42,830 bases of DNA from Chloroflexia bacterium (lineage in GTDB: Bacteria > Chloroflexota > Chloroflexia > Thermomicrobiales > UBA6265), in assembly GCA_013697005.1 (NCBI GenBank), contig JACCXM010000033.1:1-42830 (forward strand). Direction: 5' to 3'. Numbering within the stretch: position 1 is the stretch's first letter; each line of letters begins with the position of its first letter. Shown here piece by piece: positions 1-9,292 of the stretch. Position numbers and translations under genes: made by a program. The notes under the pieces were generated by a model. The model saw nothing but the letters and a program-made list of their open reading frames with translations. It was not told the origin of the DNA and ran no database searches.

Positions 1-467
1 TCGATGACCTGCTTCGCCGCGGCCGGGCGGAACACAGGCAACGCTCGGCCGAACGCGGGAGCACGTTCGGCGTTCCGCTTCACAATGTCGAGACGCACCC
101 GTTCGATCGCGGCAGCGTCCTCCACGCCAAATCCTTCGATTCGAACAAGCGGCACCTGCGGGGATGCGAACCGAAGCGCTTCCGCCACGCGCGTGCCAGC
201 TCCCGTCCGTTCCGGGTCCCAGATCACCGCCGCATCTACCTTACCGACCGCGTCAAAGGACTCATCGACCGCGCGAAGCACCGTTGTATGGGCACCTTCA
301 TCACCTGTCAAAGCGAGGCCAAGACGACGTGCCTGCTCTTGCGTGGATCCAACTATGAGGAGTCGCGGTGTGATTTGCGCCTCTTCGCGAATGTCTTCGA
401 GGCTGACCTCCCGCAAAACGGCCATCATGGTGCGCATTGCGTTCACGGCGCCAAGTCGCTGGACCAT
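1..467 (-). CDS. Conserved hypothetical protein, 3'-truncated by the window edge (possibly DUF697-like)
   Basis: Not in the ORF track. ATG at 467 is preceded by GGAGGA and the frame stays open to base 1: MVQRLGAVNAMRTMMAVLREVSLEDIREEAQITPRLLIVG...FGRALPVFRPAAAKQVI. It is co-directional with moeA. The family guess is tentative. Confidence 0.7.
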   Translation of the reverse strand, partial: MVQRLGAVNAMRTMMAVLREVSLEDIREEAQITPRLLIVGSTQEQARRLGLALTGDEGAHTTVLRAVDESFDAVGKVDAAVIWDPERTGAGTRVAEALRFASPQVPLVRIEGFGVEDAAAIERVRLDIVKRNAERAPAFGRALPVFRPAAAKQVI

Positions 468-556
468 TGTTCCTCCGGGAATGTCTTGCCGGACATTCCT
501 CGCCCAGCACGACTGAAATCAGGGAGACAGTCTACCGGGTGTGAACGTCGGCAGAT

Positions 557-1789
557 TTAAAGAACCATGGCGCGCAGCCGCATTCCTGGTTCCACTCGTT
601 CCACGTCTTCCGGAACGATCAACAATGCATCGGCCGCGGCGAGGGAACTGAGAATACCCGCGCCCTGATCCCCAACCACCGACGCAATTGCTGGTCCTTG
701 TTCCTGAGGTTTCAATGTTACCCGCACGTAGTGCCTTCGCCGCCCCCGGTTTTCGATCGGATCGGCCGACTGCACCTCCACGGTGCGCGGTGTCACATCG
801 GAATCTCCCAGCATCGTTCGCACCGCGGGACGACCGAAAAGCATGAAGCTCACCGCGGCAGCAACAGGGTTTCCAGGTAAACCAAGTAGCGGCGTGCCTG
901 CCACTGTTCCGAACGCCAGCGGTTTCCCCGGCTTCATCCGCACTTGCCATATCGCTATGTCTCCAACAGCGCGAAGCACATCTTTGACGAGATCGAAGTC
1001 ACCCCGGGAGACGCCTCCCGTCGTAACCACCAGGTCGAGTTCGCTGGCATCCGAGAGACAGGCAGTCAACTCGGACACAGTGTCACGGGCGATCCCCAGC
1101 AGTCGCACTCGCGCCCCCCATTCCCGGGCCATCGCAGCGATCACGAGCGCATTGCTGTCGCGGATCGTTCCCGGCTTAAGTGTGCTTCCCGCATCGACGA
1201 GCTCGTTACCAGTCGAGAGGACGCCGATAACGGGACGCCGATGGACCAGCACCGAGCGTTCGCCGGTAGCAGCAATGAGCCCCACCATTGCCGGTCTGAG
1301 CACCGTGCCCCGTGTGGCGACGACGTCCCCCGCGGAAACGTCCTCGCCCATCTCGCGAATGTTTTCGCGCGGAGCGGCGGCGCTATACACTCGCACGGAG
1401 CGCCGATCGCGATACTCTCCAGTCTGCAATTCGTCGATTTCTTCGAACCGCACCACCGCGTCCGCGCCATCGGGCATGGGCGCTCCGGTCATGATTCGGA
1501 TCGCATGGCCCACTTCCAACCGTGCCGCGCTGCGATCCCCGGCTGCGACATTCGCGGCGACGGGTAGTTCGATCGGATCCGATCGGCTCGCCGCTAGCGT
1601 GTCAACAGATCGCACCGCATAACCGTCCATCGCCGAATTGCGAAATGGAGGAACGTTGTCGCGAGCAACAACATCGGAGGCCAGAACGCGGTTCGCTGCA
1701 TCACGCGGAGCAACCGCCTCCGCCGGCAATGGCGCGAACGCCCTCAAAACCACCTTCAGCGCGGAATCGACGTCGAGCATGCGGGACAT
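557..1789 (-). CDS. moeA: Molybdopterin molybdotransferase MoeA (gephyrin-like)
   Basis: Motifs PPFRNSAMDGYA, IMTGAPMPDGADAVV, STGNEL, TTGGVSRGDFD, MKPGKP and GLPGNPVAA. Confidence 0.96.
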   Translation of the reverse strand: MSRMLDVDSALKVVLRAFAPLPAEAVAPRDAANRVLASDVVARDNVPPFRNSAMDGYAVRSVDTLAASRSDPIELPVAANVAAGDRSAARLEVGHAIRIMTGAPMPDGADAVVRFEEIDELQTGEYRDRRSVRVYSAAAPRENIREMGEDVSAGDVVATRGTVLRPAMVGLIAATGERSVLVHRRPVIGVLSTGNELVDAGSTLKPGTIRDSNALVIAAMAREWGARVRLLGIARDTVSELTACLSDASELDLVVTTGGVSRGDFDLVKDVLRAVGDIAIWQVRMKPGKPLAFGTVAGTPLLGLPGNPVAAAVSFMLFGRPAVRTMLGDSDVTPRTVEVQSADPIENRGRRRHYVRVTLKPQEQGPAIASVVGDQGAGILSSLAAADALLIVPEDVERVEPGMRLRAMVL

Positions 1790-1851
1790 CTAACTACGGT
1801 CGTTGGACAACGGTTGTGTCGGATCCTGGCGCGGTAAAGCCCCCGCTGCCG

Positions 1852-2838
1852 TCAGGCATCGGGCTCGCCATTCGAGGCAAGGCGCGCCATCGTGTCGACT
1901 AGGTCCTTGACGGCGGCGGCTGATTGCTGGAGCGCAGCAGTCTCCTCTGGCAACAAGGAAAGCGGAATAATCTGACGCACCCCACCATGTCCGAGCTTCA
2001 CCGGCACGCCGACGAACAGGCCGTCGATTCCAAATTCACCTTGCAGATAGACACTACACGGCAGGATTCGGCGCTTATCGAGCAGGATCGAGTCGATCAT
2101 TTCCACCACCGATGCCCCGGGCGCTTGGTAGGCACTACCTGTCTTTAGCAAAGCCACGATCTCCGCGCCGCCGGAGGCGGTGCGCTCCTCCAGCGCTTTT
2201 ACCTGCTCTGGTTCGAGAATATCCGTGATCGGCACTCCCGCCACCGTCGAATAACGCGAAATGGGAACCATCGTGTCGCCATGACCACCCAGCACCATGG
2301 CGCTCACGTCCTCAACGGACACATCTGTTGCTTCGGCAATGAACGCCCGGAATCTGGCGGAATCGAGTACTCCTGCCATCCCAATGACGCGCTCTCGCGG
2401 CAGTCCCGCGGCCGCGAATGCCACGTGGCACATGGCATCCAGCGGATTTGACACGACGATGAAGATCGCGTTGGGCGAATTTCGCACCGCTTGCTCGGTT
2501 ACTGAGCGGACGATTCCCATATTCGTTCGCAAGAGGTCGTCGCGGCTCATCCCCGGTTTGCGCGCAATGCCCGAGGTGATGACTACGATGTCCGAGTCCC
2601 CCGTTTCCTCGTAGGCGTTAGTCCCCGTCAGTGCGCTATCGTATCCAAGCACCGGCGCCGATTGCGCCAGATCGAGCGCTTTTCCCTGCGGCAGCCCGTC
2701 GACGACATCTAGCAGCACGATATAGGCATAGTCGCGGAGTGCCAGGTATTGCGCCACCGCGCCGCCTACCATTCCGGTGCCGATGATCGTAACTTTTGGC
2801 CTTCCTTCTCCGCCTCTTCCCATCGCCATGGCAGCCAC
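1852..2838 (-). CDS. mdh: Malate dehydrogenase (LDH-like type)
   Basis: GTGMVG Rossmann motif, [10 protein letters not shown] substrate loop, [20 protein letters not shown] and [10 protein letters not shown]. The start could be GTG 2838 or a nearby downstream ATG. Confidence 0.95.
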   Translation of the reverse strand: MAAMAMGRGGEGRPKVTIIGTGMVGGAVAQYLALRDYAYIVLLDVVDGLPQGKALDLAQSAPVLGYDSALTGTNAYEETGDSDIVVITSGIARKPGMSRDDLLRTNMGIVRSVTEQAVRNSPNAIFIVVSNPLDAMCHVAFAAAGLPRERVIGMAGVLDSARFRAFIAEATDVSVEDVSAMVLGGHGDTMVPISRYSTVAGVPITDILEPEQVKALEERTASGGAEIVALLKTGSAYQAPGASVVEMIDSILLDKRRILPCSVYLQGEFGIDGLFVGVPVKLGHGGVRQIIPLSLLPEETAALQQSAAAVKDLVDTMARLASNGEPDA

Positions 2839-3003
2839 ACTTTCCTATACGATCCACCGCGCCTGGCATCCGCCCGCGCACGCTAATCAATTTCTCAGGT
2901 GAGAGAAAGCATACGCCCTCTCCCGCGGCTTGGCCGCGGTTCTTCCTGCTCCCCGGCGCCCCGTATCTGCTGAGCGGCCGGAGCATCGGTGAATTGCTAT
3001 CGG

Positions 3004-3033
3004 TTGACTCCCCGTACTGGCGATCCTTATAAT
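3004..3033 (+). promoter_or_regulatory. Sigma70-type promoter of the tRNA Leu-Val-Phe cluster
   Basis: TTGACT (3004-3009), 18-nt spacer, TATAAT (3028-3033), then a GC-rich discriminator CGCGCGG just upstream of tRNA-Leu. Confidence 0.8.
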
Positions 3034-3056
3034 CGCGCGGTGCCGTGCAAAGCCTT

Positions 3057-3141
3057 GCCCAGGTGGCGGAACTGGCAGACGCGCTAGCTTGAGGGGCTAG
3101 TGCCCGATTAGGGCGTGAAGGTTCAAATCCTTTCCTGGGCA
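3057..3141 (+). tRNA. tRNA-Leu(GAG)
   Basis: Acceptor stem GCCCAGG/CCTGGGC, anticodon arm CTAGC-TTGAGGG-GCTAG, long variable arm, T-loop GTTCAAATC. CCA is not fully encoded. Confidence 0.95.
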
Positions 3142-3159
3142 CCGCTTCCCGCCAGCCAT

Positions 3160-3235
3160 GGGCGATTAGCTCAGCTGGAAGAGCGCCACGTTTACACCGT
3201 GGATGTCAGAGGTTCGAGCCCTCTATCGCCCACCA
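3160..3235 (+). tRNA. tRNA-Val(TAC)
   Basis: Acceptor stem GGGCGAT/ATCGCCC, anticodon arm CCACG-TTTACAC-CGTGG, T-loop GTTCGAGCC, encoded CCA. Confidence 0.96.
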
Positions 3236-3253
3236 GCCGGGCCGGCACGTATC

Positions 3254-3326
3254 GCCAAGGTAGCTCAGTTGGTAGAGCTCACGACTGAAAATCGTGCGGT
3301 CGGCAGTTCGAGTCTGCCCCTTGGCA
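3254..3326 (+). tRNA. tRNA-Phe(GAA)
   Basis: Acceptor stem GCCAAGG/CCTTGGC, anticodon arm CACGA-CTGAAAA-TCGTG, T-loop GTTCGAGTC. Confidence 0.96.
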
Positions 3327-3346
3327 CCCCTCCCACACCCCGCATA

Positions 3347-4231
3347 TCACGCTGATCCCTCGACCACCGGTAACTCGGGCCGCTCCCCCCATTCATTCCA
3401 GGAACCGTCGTAATTCGCCCAAGACCCATGACCGATACGATCGAGCGCGAACAGGATTGCGGTCGCTGTTACGCCGCCATTGCAATAGGTGATGACAGGC
3501 ATGCCAGACTTCACTCCGCCAGCAGCGAGGACGTGCTGTAACTCCTCATCCTTCTTCCAGGTGCCGTCGTCGGCGAAGAGCGATTTCGCCCAGATATTCA
3601 CCGCCGAAGGCACATGCCCTCCCCGCGCCCCCCGCCGCACCGCCCCGGAATACTGGCCAGGATCGCGAGCATCGACGATCAGTGCATCACCCGCACGTAC
3701 TTTCGCCAGTAACCCATCGCTATCGACTCGCAAATTGCCGTGCTCCCGTGGCGTGAATTGACGTCGCTCAGGCTCCGAAACCGCTTGCGTGAGCGGGAGC
3801 CCGAGCGCCTTCCAGCGATTGAATCCTCCATCGAGAACTGCCGCGCGATCGTGTCCATAGTATTTCAGCGCCCACCACAACCGGGTCGCGAAATGACCTC
3901 CCGTGTGATCGACGATCACGACGTCGGTCGCGTCGCCGACCCCACGCTCGCTCATGGCGGTAGAAAATAGGTCAGATTTCGCCAACTGAACCTTGACCGC
4001 GCAGTCCTGGTCAGTGATGTCCAGGGTCCAGTCGACATACGTGGACCCCGGAATATGTTCGGCCAGGTATTCCTCGCCTGCCGCCACATATTCCGCACGC
4101 TGTTCGCCGTTGCCAAGATCTTGCGTGTTCACATACCCACGGATGTCGACCACCTGCACATCTGGATCATCCAGATGCGTCACTAACCACTCCGGGCCGA
4201 CAAGCGTTCCTGGCAACGAAGTCGGAGACAT
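3347..4231 (-). CDS. Tandem-domain rhodanese/3-mercaptopyruvate sulfurtransferase (SseA-like)
   Basis: Motifs HIPGS, RLWWALKYYG, LDGG, DAR...YSG, GHVPSA, active loop YCNGGVTA and YDGSWNEW. The true start is ATG 4231 after GGAG. The longer ORF call (4603) runs antisense through two tRNAs. Confidence 0.92.
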   Translation of the reverse strand: MSPTSLPGTLVGPEWLVTHLDDPDVQVVDIRGYVNTQDLGNGEQRAEYVAAGEEYLAEHIPGSTYVDWTLDITDQDCAVKVQLAKSDLFSTAMSERGVGDATDVVIVDHTGGHFATRLWWALKYYGHDRAAVLDGGFNRWKALGLPLTQAVSEPERRQFTPREHGNLRVDSDGLLAKVRAGDALIVDARDPGQYSGAVRRGARGGHVPSAVNIWAKSLFADDGTWKKDEELQHVLAAGGVKSGMPVITYCNGGVTATAILFALDRIGHGSWANYDGSWNEWGERPELPVVEGSA

Positions 4232-4250
4232 CTGGCACTCCTGCAACTCC

Positions 4251-4279
4251 TTGACGAGGATTCTGAGCCTCACTATCAT
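4251..4279 (+). promoter_or_regulatory. Sigma70-type promoter of tRNA-Gly
   Basis: TTGACG (4251-4256), 17-nt spacer, TATCAT (4274-4279). Confidence 0.65.
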
Positions 4280-4296
4280 ACTGCGACGGAAGCGAC

Positions 4297-4371
4297 GCGG
4301 AAGTGGCTCAGTGGTAGAGCATCTCCTTGCCAAGGAGAAGGTCGCGGGTTCGAATCCCGTCTTCCGCTCCA
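4297..4371 (+). tRNA. tRNA-Gly(GCC)
   Basis: Acceptor stem GCGGAAG/CTTCCGC, anticodon arm TCTCC-TTGCCAA-GGAGA, T-loop GTTCGAATC, encoded CCA. Confidence 0.96.
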
Positions 4372-4376
4372 TCGTC

Positions 4377-4401
4377 ACCCGGGCCTCGCCCGGGTCTTTT
4401 T
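4377..4401 (+). terminator. Intrinsic terminator after tRNA-Gly
   Basis: Hairpin ACCCGGGC-CTC-GCCCGGGT followed by CTTTTT. Confidence 0.75.
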
Positions 4402-4453
4402 GTGCGCGGCGATGGACGGGCGATGTATGCTCTGCCAACGTCTCTCGATCGGC

Positions 4454-4541
4454 GCGGGCGTGGCGGAATGGCAGACGCCGCGGTCTTAAAAACCGCTGAG
4501 GGGCAACCCTCGTGCGGGTTCGAATCCCGCCGTCCGCACCA
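4454..4541 (+). tRNA. tRNA-Leu(TAA)
   Basis: Acceptor stem GCGGGCG/CGTCCGC, anticodon arm GCGGT-CTTAAAA-ACCGC, variable arm GAGGG-GCAA-CCCTC, T-loop GTTCGAATC, encoded CCA. Confidence 0.95.
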
Positions 4542-4605
4542 GAGTGATCGCCAATTCGGCCACCGCCGCCGGCATCGCGGCCTTCAGGAGTCGAGCAACT
4601 CACCC

Positions 4606-4896
4606 ATGGCGATGGATATCACCAAAGGATCCACCCGAGTCTACATCGACCCCAAGCGCTGCATCGCCAACGCCAAATGTACGACTGCCGCTCCCGGCGT
4701 CTACGTCCTCGATGAAGAGACTGGCGTTGCCGTCATCGAGAACCCGGATGACGCCACCATCGATCAGCTCTTCGCCGGCGCACGCGCATGTCCAACCCAG
4801 GCCATCATCATCGAGCAGTTTGGCCGGCGACTGTTTCCCACTATCCTCACCCCCATGTTTGGCGCAGGCAAGAATAGCGATGAGAGCGATTCATGA
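4606..4896 (+). CDS. Single-cluster ferredoxin, probably [3Fe-4S]
   Basis: RVYIDPKRCIANAKC...AGARACPTQAI gives a CxxNxxC...CP motif. Start is ATG 4606 or 4612. The ORF-track start at 4327 lies inside tRNA-Gly. Confidence 0.85.
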   Translation: MAMDITKGSTRVYIDPKRCIANAKCTTAAPGVYVLDEETGVAVIENPDDATIDQLFAGARACPTQAIIIEQFGRRLFPTILTPMFGAGKNSDESDS

Positions 4897-6233
4897 CCGG
4901 GCGCGCGATATCGTCTCGACATGCCGTGGCGGTCGTGGTGGCGCTGACAGTGTGTCTGTCCCTTCTTCGTCTCACGTTCTTGAACATCTCGGCCCAGCAA
5001 GCCACCCCATCCGCATCTCCGGCATCAGATGACGTAGCCGGTCAGTTACCCCCAGCGTGGTTGGAGTTCGGTCCCGGCGGACTGCTAATCGCCAGAGTCA
5101 TCGTCGATGGTGCTTGCCCTCCACTGACCCTCGAAGGTCTCGACCTCGCGATGACTCGGCGCACAACACCGACTGCAGCCTTCCCCGTCATTGCGTGCGA
5201 AGCAACCATTCCTTTCGGTACCGACACGGCCACGATCGCCGACCAGACACTTCCGCTTCCCTCCGGTTCCCTGCAGCGGATCGCCGTGATCGGCGATACC
5301 GGTTGCCGGTTGAACGACTGGGAAAAACGATATCAAAGCTGCAATGACCCCCAGCAATGGCCCTTTGCGCAAGTAGCAGCGTCGGTCGCGGCCTGGCAGC
5401 CGGATCTAATTGTTCACGTTGGTGATTACCTCTACCGCGAGAGCCCCTGTCCGGCACTGGGATTCGATTGCCAAGGAAGTCCATTCGGCGACAACTGGGC
5501 GACCTGGAATGCCGACTTCTTCGCCCCGGCCTCGTCGCTCCTCGCTGCTGCCCCCTGGGTGTTCATACGCGGCAATCATGAAACGTGCGAGCGCAGCCCT
5601 GAAGGCTGGTTCGCCTATCTCGACACCCGTGCCTATCAATCGTCCTGTCAACAATTCACACAACCATACGTGGCGCCATTGAACGGTGTTTCGTTGGCAG
5701 TCATCGACTCCGCTGAAGCCGGTGATACGAAAGTCACACCGGACGAGCAAACGCAATATGCCCAGCAGTTCGCGGTGCTCGGGGCGATGGCGCCCACTGG
5801 CTCGTGGCTGGTGACGCACCGGCCAGTCTGGGGCATTCTGGAAGGCAAAACTGACGAGTTCGAAGTGGAAAATGCCAGTTACCAGGCCGCCACTGATGGC
5901 TCGCTCGAGGGCGATTACGCCCTCATCATTTCAGGACATATTCACGCCGCTGAGTCGATTGCGTTCGACGAAGATTCGGGCAAACAGCCGCAAATCATTT
6001 CTGGCAACGCTGGCACCGCCCTCGATGGACTTCCCACCGCGAGCCCGGCCGCCGGTGTGCTGAACGATTCCACTGTCGCGCAGGCCGAAACGCTCTCGGA
6101 ATTTGGCTTTCTCACACTTGAATCCGACGGCGAGAACTGGCACGCCACCCAGCGCGGCGCCAGCGGCGAGCCACTGCTCGAGTGCTTCCTCGACGTGCCT
6201 GAGATGGTCTGCGCTGCGGCTGACGCTGGATAG
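4893..6233 (+). CDS. Exported calcineurin-like metallophosphoesterase
   Basis: N-terminal hydrophobic signal/anchor, followed by motifs GDTG, HVGDY, RGNHE, THRP and SGHIH. The start overlaps the ferredoxin stop (ATGA). Confidence 0.85.
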   Translation: MTGRAISSRHAVAVVVALTVCLSLLRLTFLNISAQQATPSASPASDDVAGQLPPAWLEFGPGGLLIARVIVDGACPPLTLEGLDLAMTRRTTPTAAFPVIACEATIPFGTDTATIADQTLPLPSGSLQRIAVIGDTGCRLNDWEKRYQSCNDPQQWPFAQVAASVAAWQPDLIVHVGDYLYRESPCPALGFDCQGSPFGDNWATWNADFFAPASSLLAAAPWVFIRGNHETCERSPEGWFAYLDTRAYQSSCQQFTQPYVAPLNGVSLAVIDSAEAGDTKVTPDEQTQYAQQFAVLGAMAPTGSWLVTHRPVWGILEGKTDEFEVENASYQAATDGSLEGDYALIISGHIHAAESIAFDEDSGKQPQIISGNAGTALDGLPTASPAAGVLNDSTVAQAETLSEFGFLTLESDGENWHATQRGASGEPLLECFLDVPEMVCAAADAG

Positions 6234-6358
6234 GAACCCCGACCTTCAAGCATTCCAACTCGCCATAATTGTCAGTTTTTACGTAGCCTAAGCTACAAAT
6301 TGAGCCACGCAACCACGCCAATATCTACGAAGGTGGCACTAAAACCCGTCCCCAAAGG

Positions 6359-6743
6359 GTCTTATTAAGGAGAGGGGATGAACACGGACGCGGTCGGACA
6401 CCGTCGACACCACCGCGCCACGCATTCCTGCCCCGGCCCAACGCCCTGGTCCGGGAGCCCGCCTCGGTCAGCAGTGGCCACGGGAGGTACGGCCGTATCT
6501 CCTTCCGGTTGCTGCGCGCACCGACGCGGTCCCGCTCCTGAGTCGACCCGTCGTGTTGCTCATGGCTGACGTATTCCGCCACCGTGCTGGGTCGGATCAT
6601 TTCCGGGCGCGCGCTCCCCGTCGTGGGGGGTCCGCTCCTCTTCCCGGCCTGCTCCAGCAGGTAGCAGCCCAGGGCGTTGGGCGCCGGGGGGTTCCGGCGG
6701 TCCCGGCTCGGTGCGGTGACCACCTCTCCTCAACGCATCGTCT
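6359..6743 (-). mobile_element. Putative non-autonomous IS110/IS1111-type element (no transposase) carrying a structured ncRNA
   Basis: GTCT direct repeats at 6359-6362 and 6740-6743. Sub-terminal inverted repeats at 6365-6377 and 6721-6733 (core AGGAGAGG/CCTCTCCT), 2 and 6 nt inside the repeats. Perfect 14-bp internal long-range stem 6436-6449/6669-6682 plus several hairpins. No credible ORF. Confidence 0.55.
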
Positions 6744-6796
6744 GGCACGTCGCTGGATGGGAGAGCTGCGCCCGACTCCCGCTTGACACCGGAGTG

Positions 6797-6824
6797 CTCT
6801 CAGGGAAAGGGGTTGGGGTGAGGG
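6797..6824 (-). repeat. Degenerate BoxC/CIR-like intergenic repeat (CCCTCACCCCAACCCCTTTCCCTGAGAG)
   Basis: The minus strand matches the pyrimidine-rich CCCTCACCCYAACCC(C)TCTCCC tail of BoxC-like repeats, but the palindromic half is eroded. Confidence 0.45.
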
Positions 6825-6949
6825 TTTCTCAGACTGCGGCGATCGCCCTCCGCGCCCGCGTGCCGAGATTGGCACTACATGAGCGTGGTCCCCATGTGCC
6901 CGGATTACCGTGACAGGGGATTGCGAGGAATCTTTCAGTTCCTCGACGC

Positions 6950-6981
6950 AAAAAGAGAGGGCGGCCCCGGGGCCGCCCTCT
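6950..6981 (-). terminator. Intrinsic terminator of groESL
   Basis: Minus strand reads AGAGGGCGGCC-CCGG-GGCCGCCCTCT followed by CTTTTT, about 30 nt after the groEL stop. Confidence 0.88.
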
Positions 6982-7012
6982 GCTTGCCTGCTGTCAGATA
7001 TGTCGATCTGGA

Positions 7013-8644
<1,632 letters not shown>

Positions 8645-8704
8645 TTACCTCCGCTGATTTCCTGCGAGTCGAATAATGTGCCGCGTGCCTGTTCCGAACC
8701 TCGA

Positions 8705-9025
8705 TTAGTCCTCGACCTTGGCAAGAATGTCCTTCTCGGAGAGGATGAGGTACTCGACCTCCTCATATTTGAATTCGGTCCCACCATACTTGGCGAAAAG
8801 CACCGAGTCCCCGACCTTGACATCCATCGGAATCCGCTCGCCGTCATCATCCCGGCGGCCCATGCCCACCGCGATCACGCTTCCTCGCTGCGGCTTCTCT
8901 TTGGCAGTATCAGGGATGACGATTCCCGACTTCGTTGTCTCTTCGCGGTCCGCTGGCTGCACGACCACGCGGTCACCCAGCGGCTGCAGCTTGACGGCAG
9001 TCGCCGTCCCATTTGACTTCGCCAC
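8705..9025 (-). CDS. groS: Co-chaperonin GroES
   Basis: Motifs [28 protein letters not shown] and KYGGTE. GTG start at 9025 after AAGGAG. Confidence 0.97.
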   Translation of the reverse strand: MAKSNGTATAVKLQPLGDRVVVQPADREETTKSGIVIPDTAKEKPQRGSVIAVGMGRRDDDGERIPMDVKVGDSVLFAKYGGTEFKYEEVEYLILSEKDILAKVED

Positions 9026-9112
9026 GTCTCCTTGTCCTCCTACCAATCGACCGATCCAAGTCCTGCCTCACACGAGGCGGAACGTTTGACTTTGCCAAGC
9101 GTAGCAGCCCGT

Positions 9113-9139
9113 TTAGCACTCTGCAAGGGTGAGTGCTAA
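9113..9139. promoter_or_regulatory. CIRCE element (HrcA operator) upstream of groES
   Basis: Perfect consensus TTAGCACTC-N9-GAGTGCTAA. Confidence 0.95.
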
Positions 9140-9292
9140 ATCGGGTGTCGTCGCTGCCCGCCACTTCGGCCGCGGCGAATCAAGTGGGGCACGCCCAATA
9201 CGCCATGTTAGAATCACTGGTCACTGAGGAGATTCCGGGACATCCCTTTTTGAAGCGGCACTCCCGTTCGATGGATGCGGCGAGGGCTTCGC

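Noticed and set aside
4-516. 170-aa plus-strand ORF at the window start
   Set aside because: It is the antisense shadow of a minus-strand gene that has a strong SD (start 467), and its Ser/Arg/Ala-rich composition does not look like a real protein.
6363-6740. RNase P, SRP, tmRNA, cobalamin riboswitch or retron msr-msd as the identity of the structured RNA
   Set aside because: I found no GAGGAAAGUCC RNase P core, complete SRP helix-8 motif, tRNA-like ends or ordered B12-box motifs, and there is no reverse transcriptase nearby. An Rfam scan is still needed to exclude these formally.
6325-6913. Several short ORFs (62-132 aa) across the structured intergenic element
   Set aside because: They have no recognisable domains, overlap each other on both strands and are low-complexity GC-rich translations. 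Base-pairing explains the region better.
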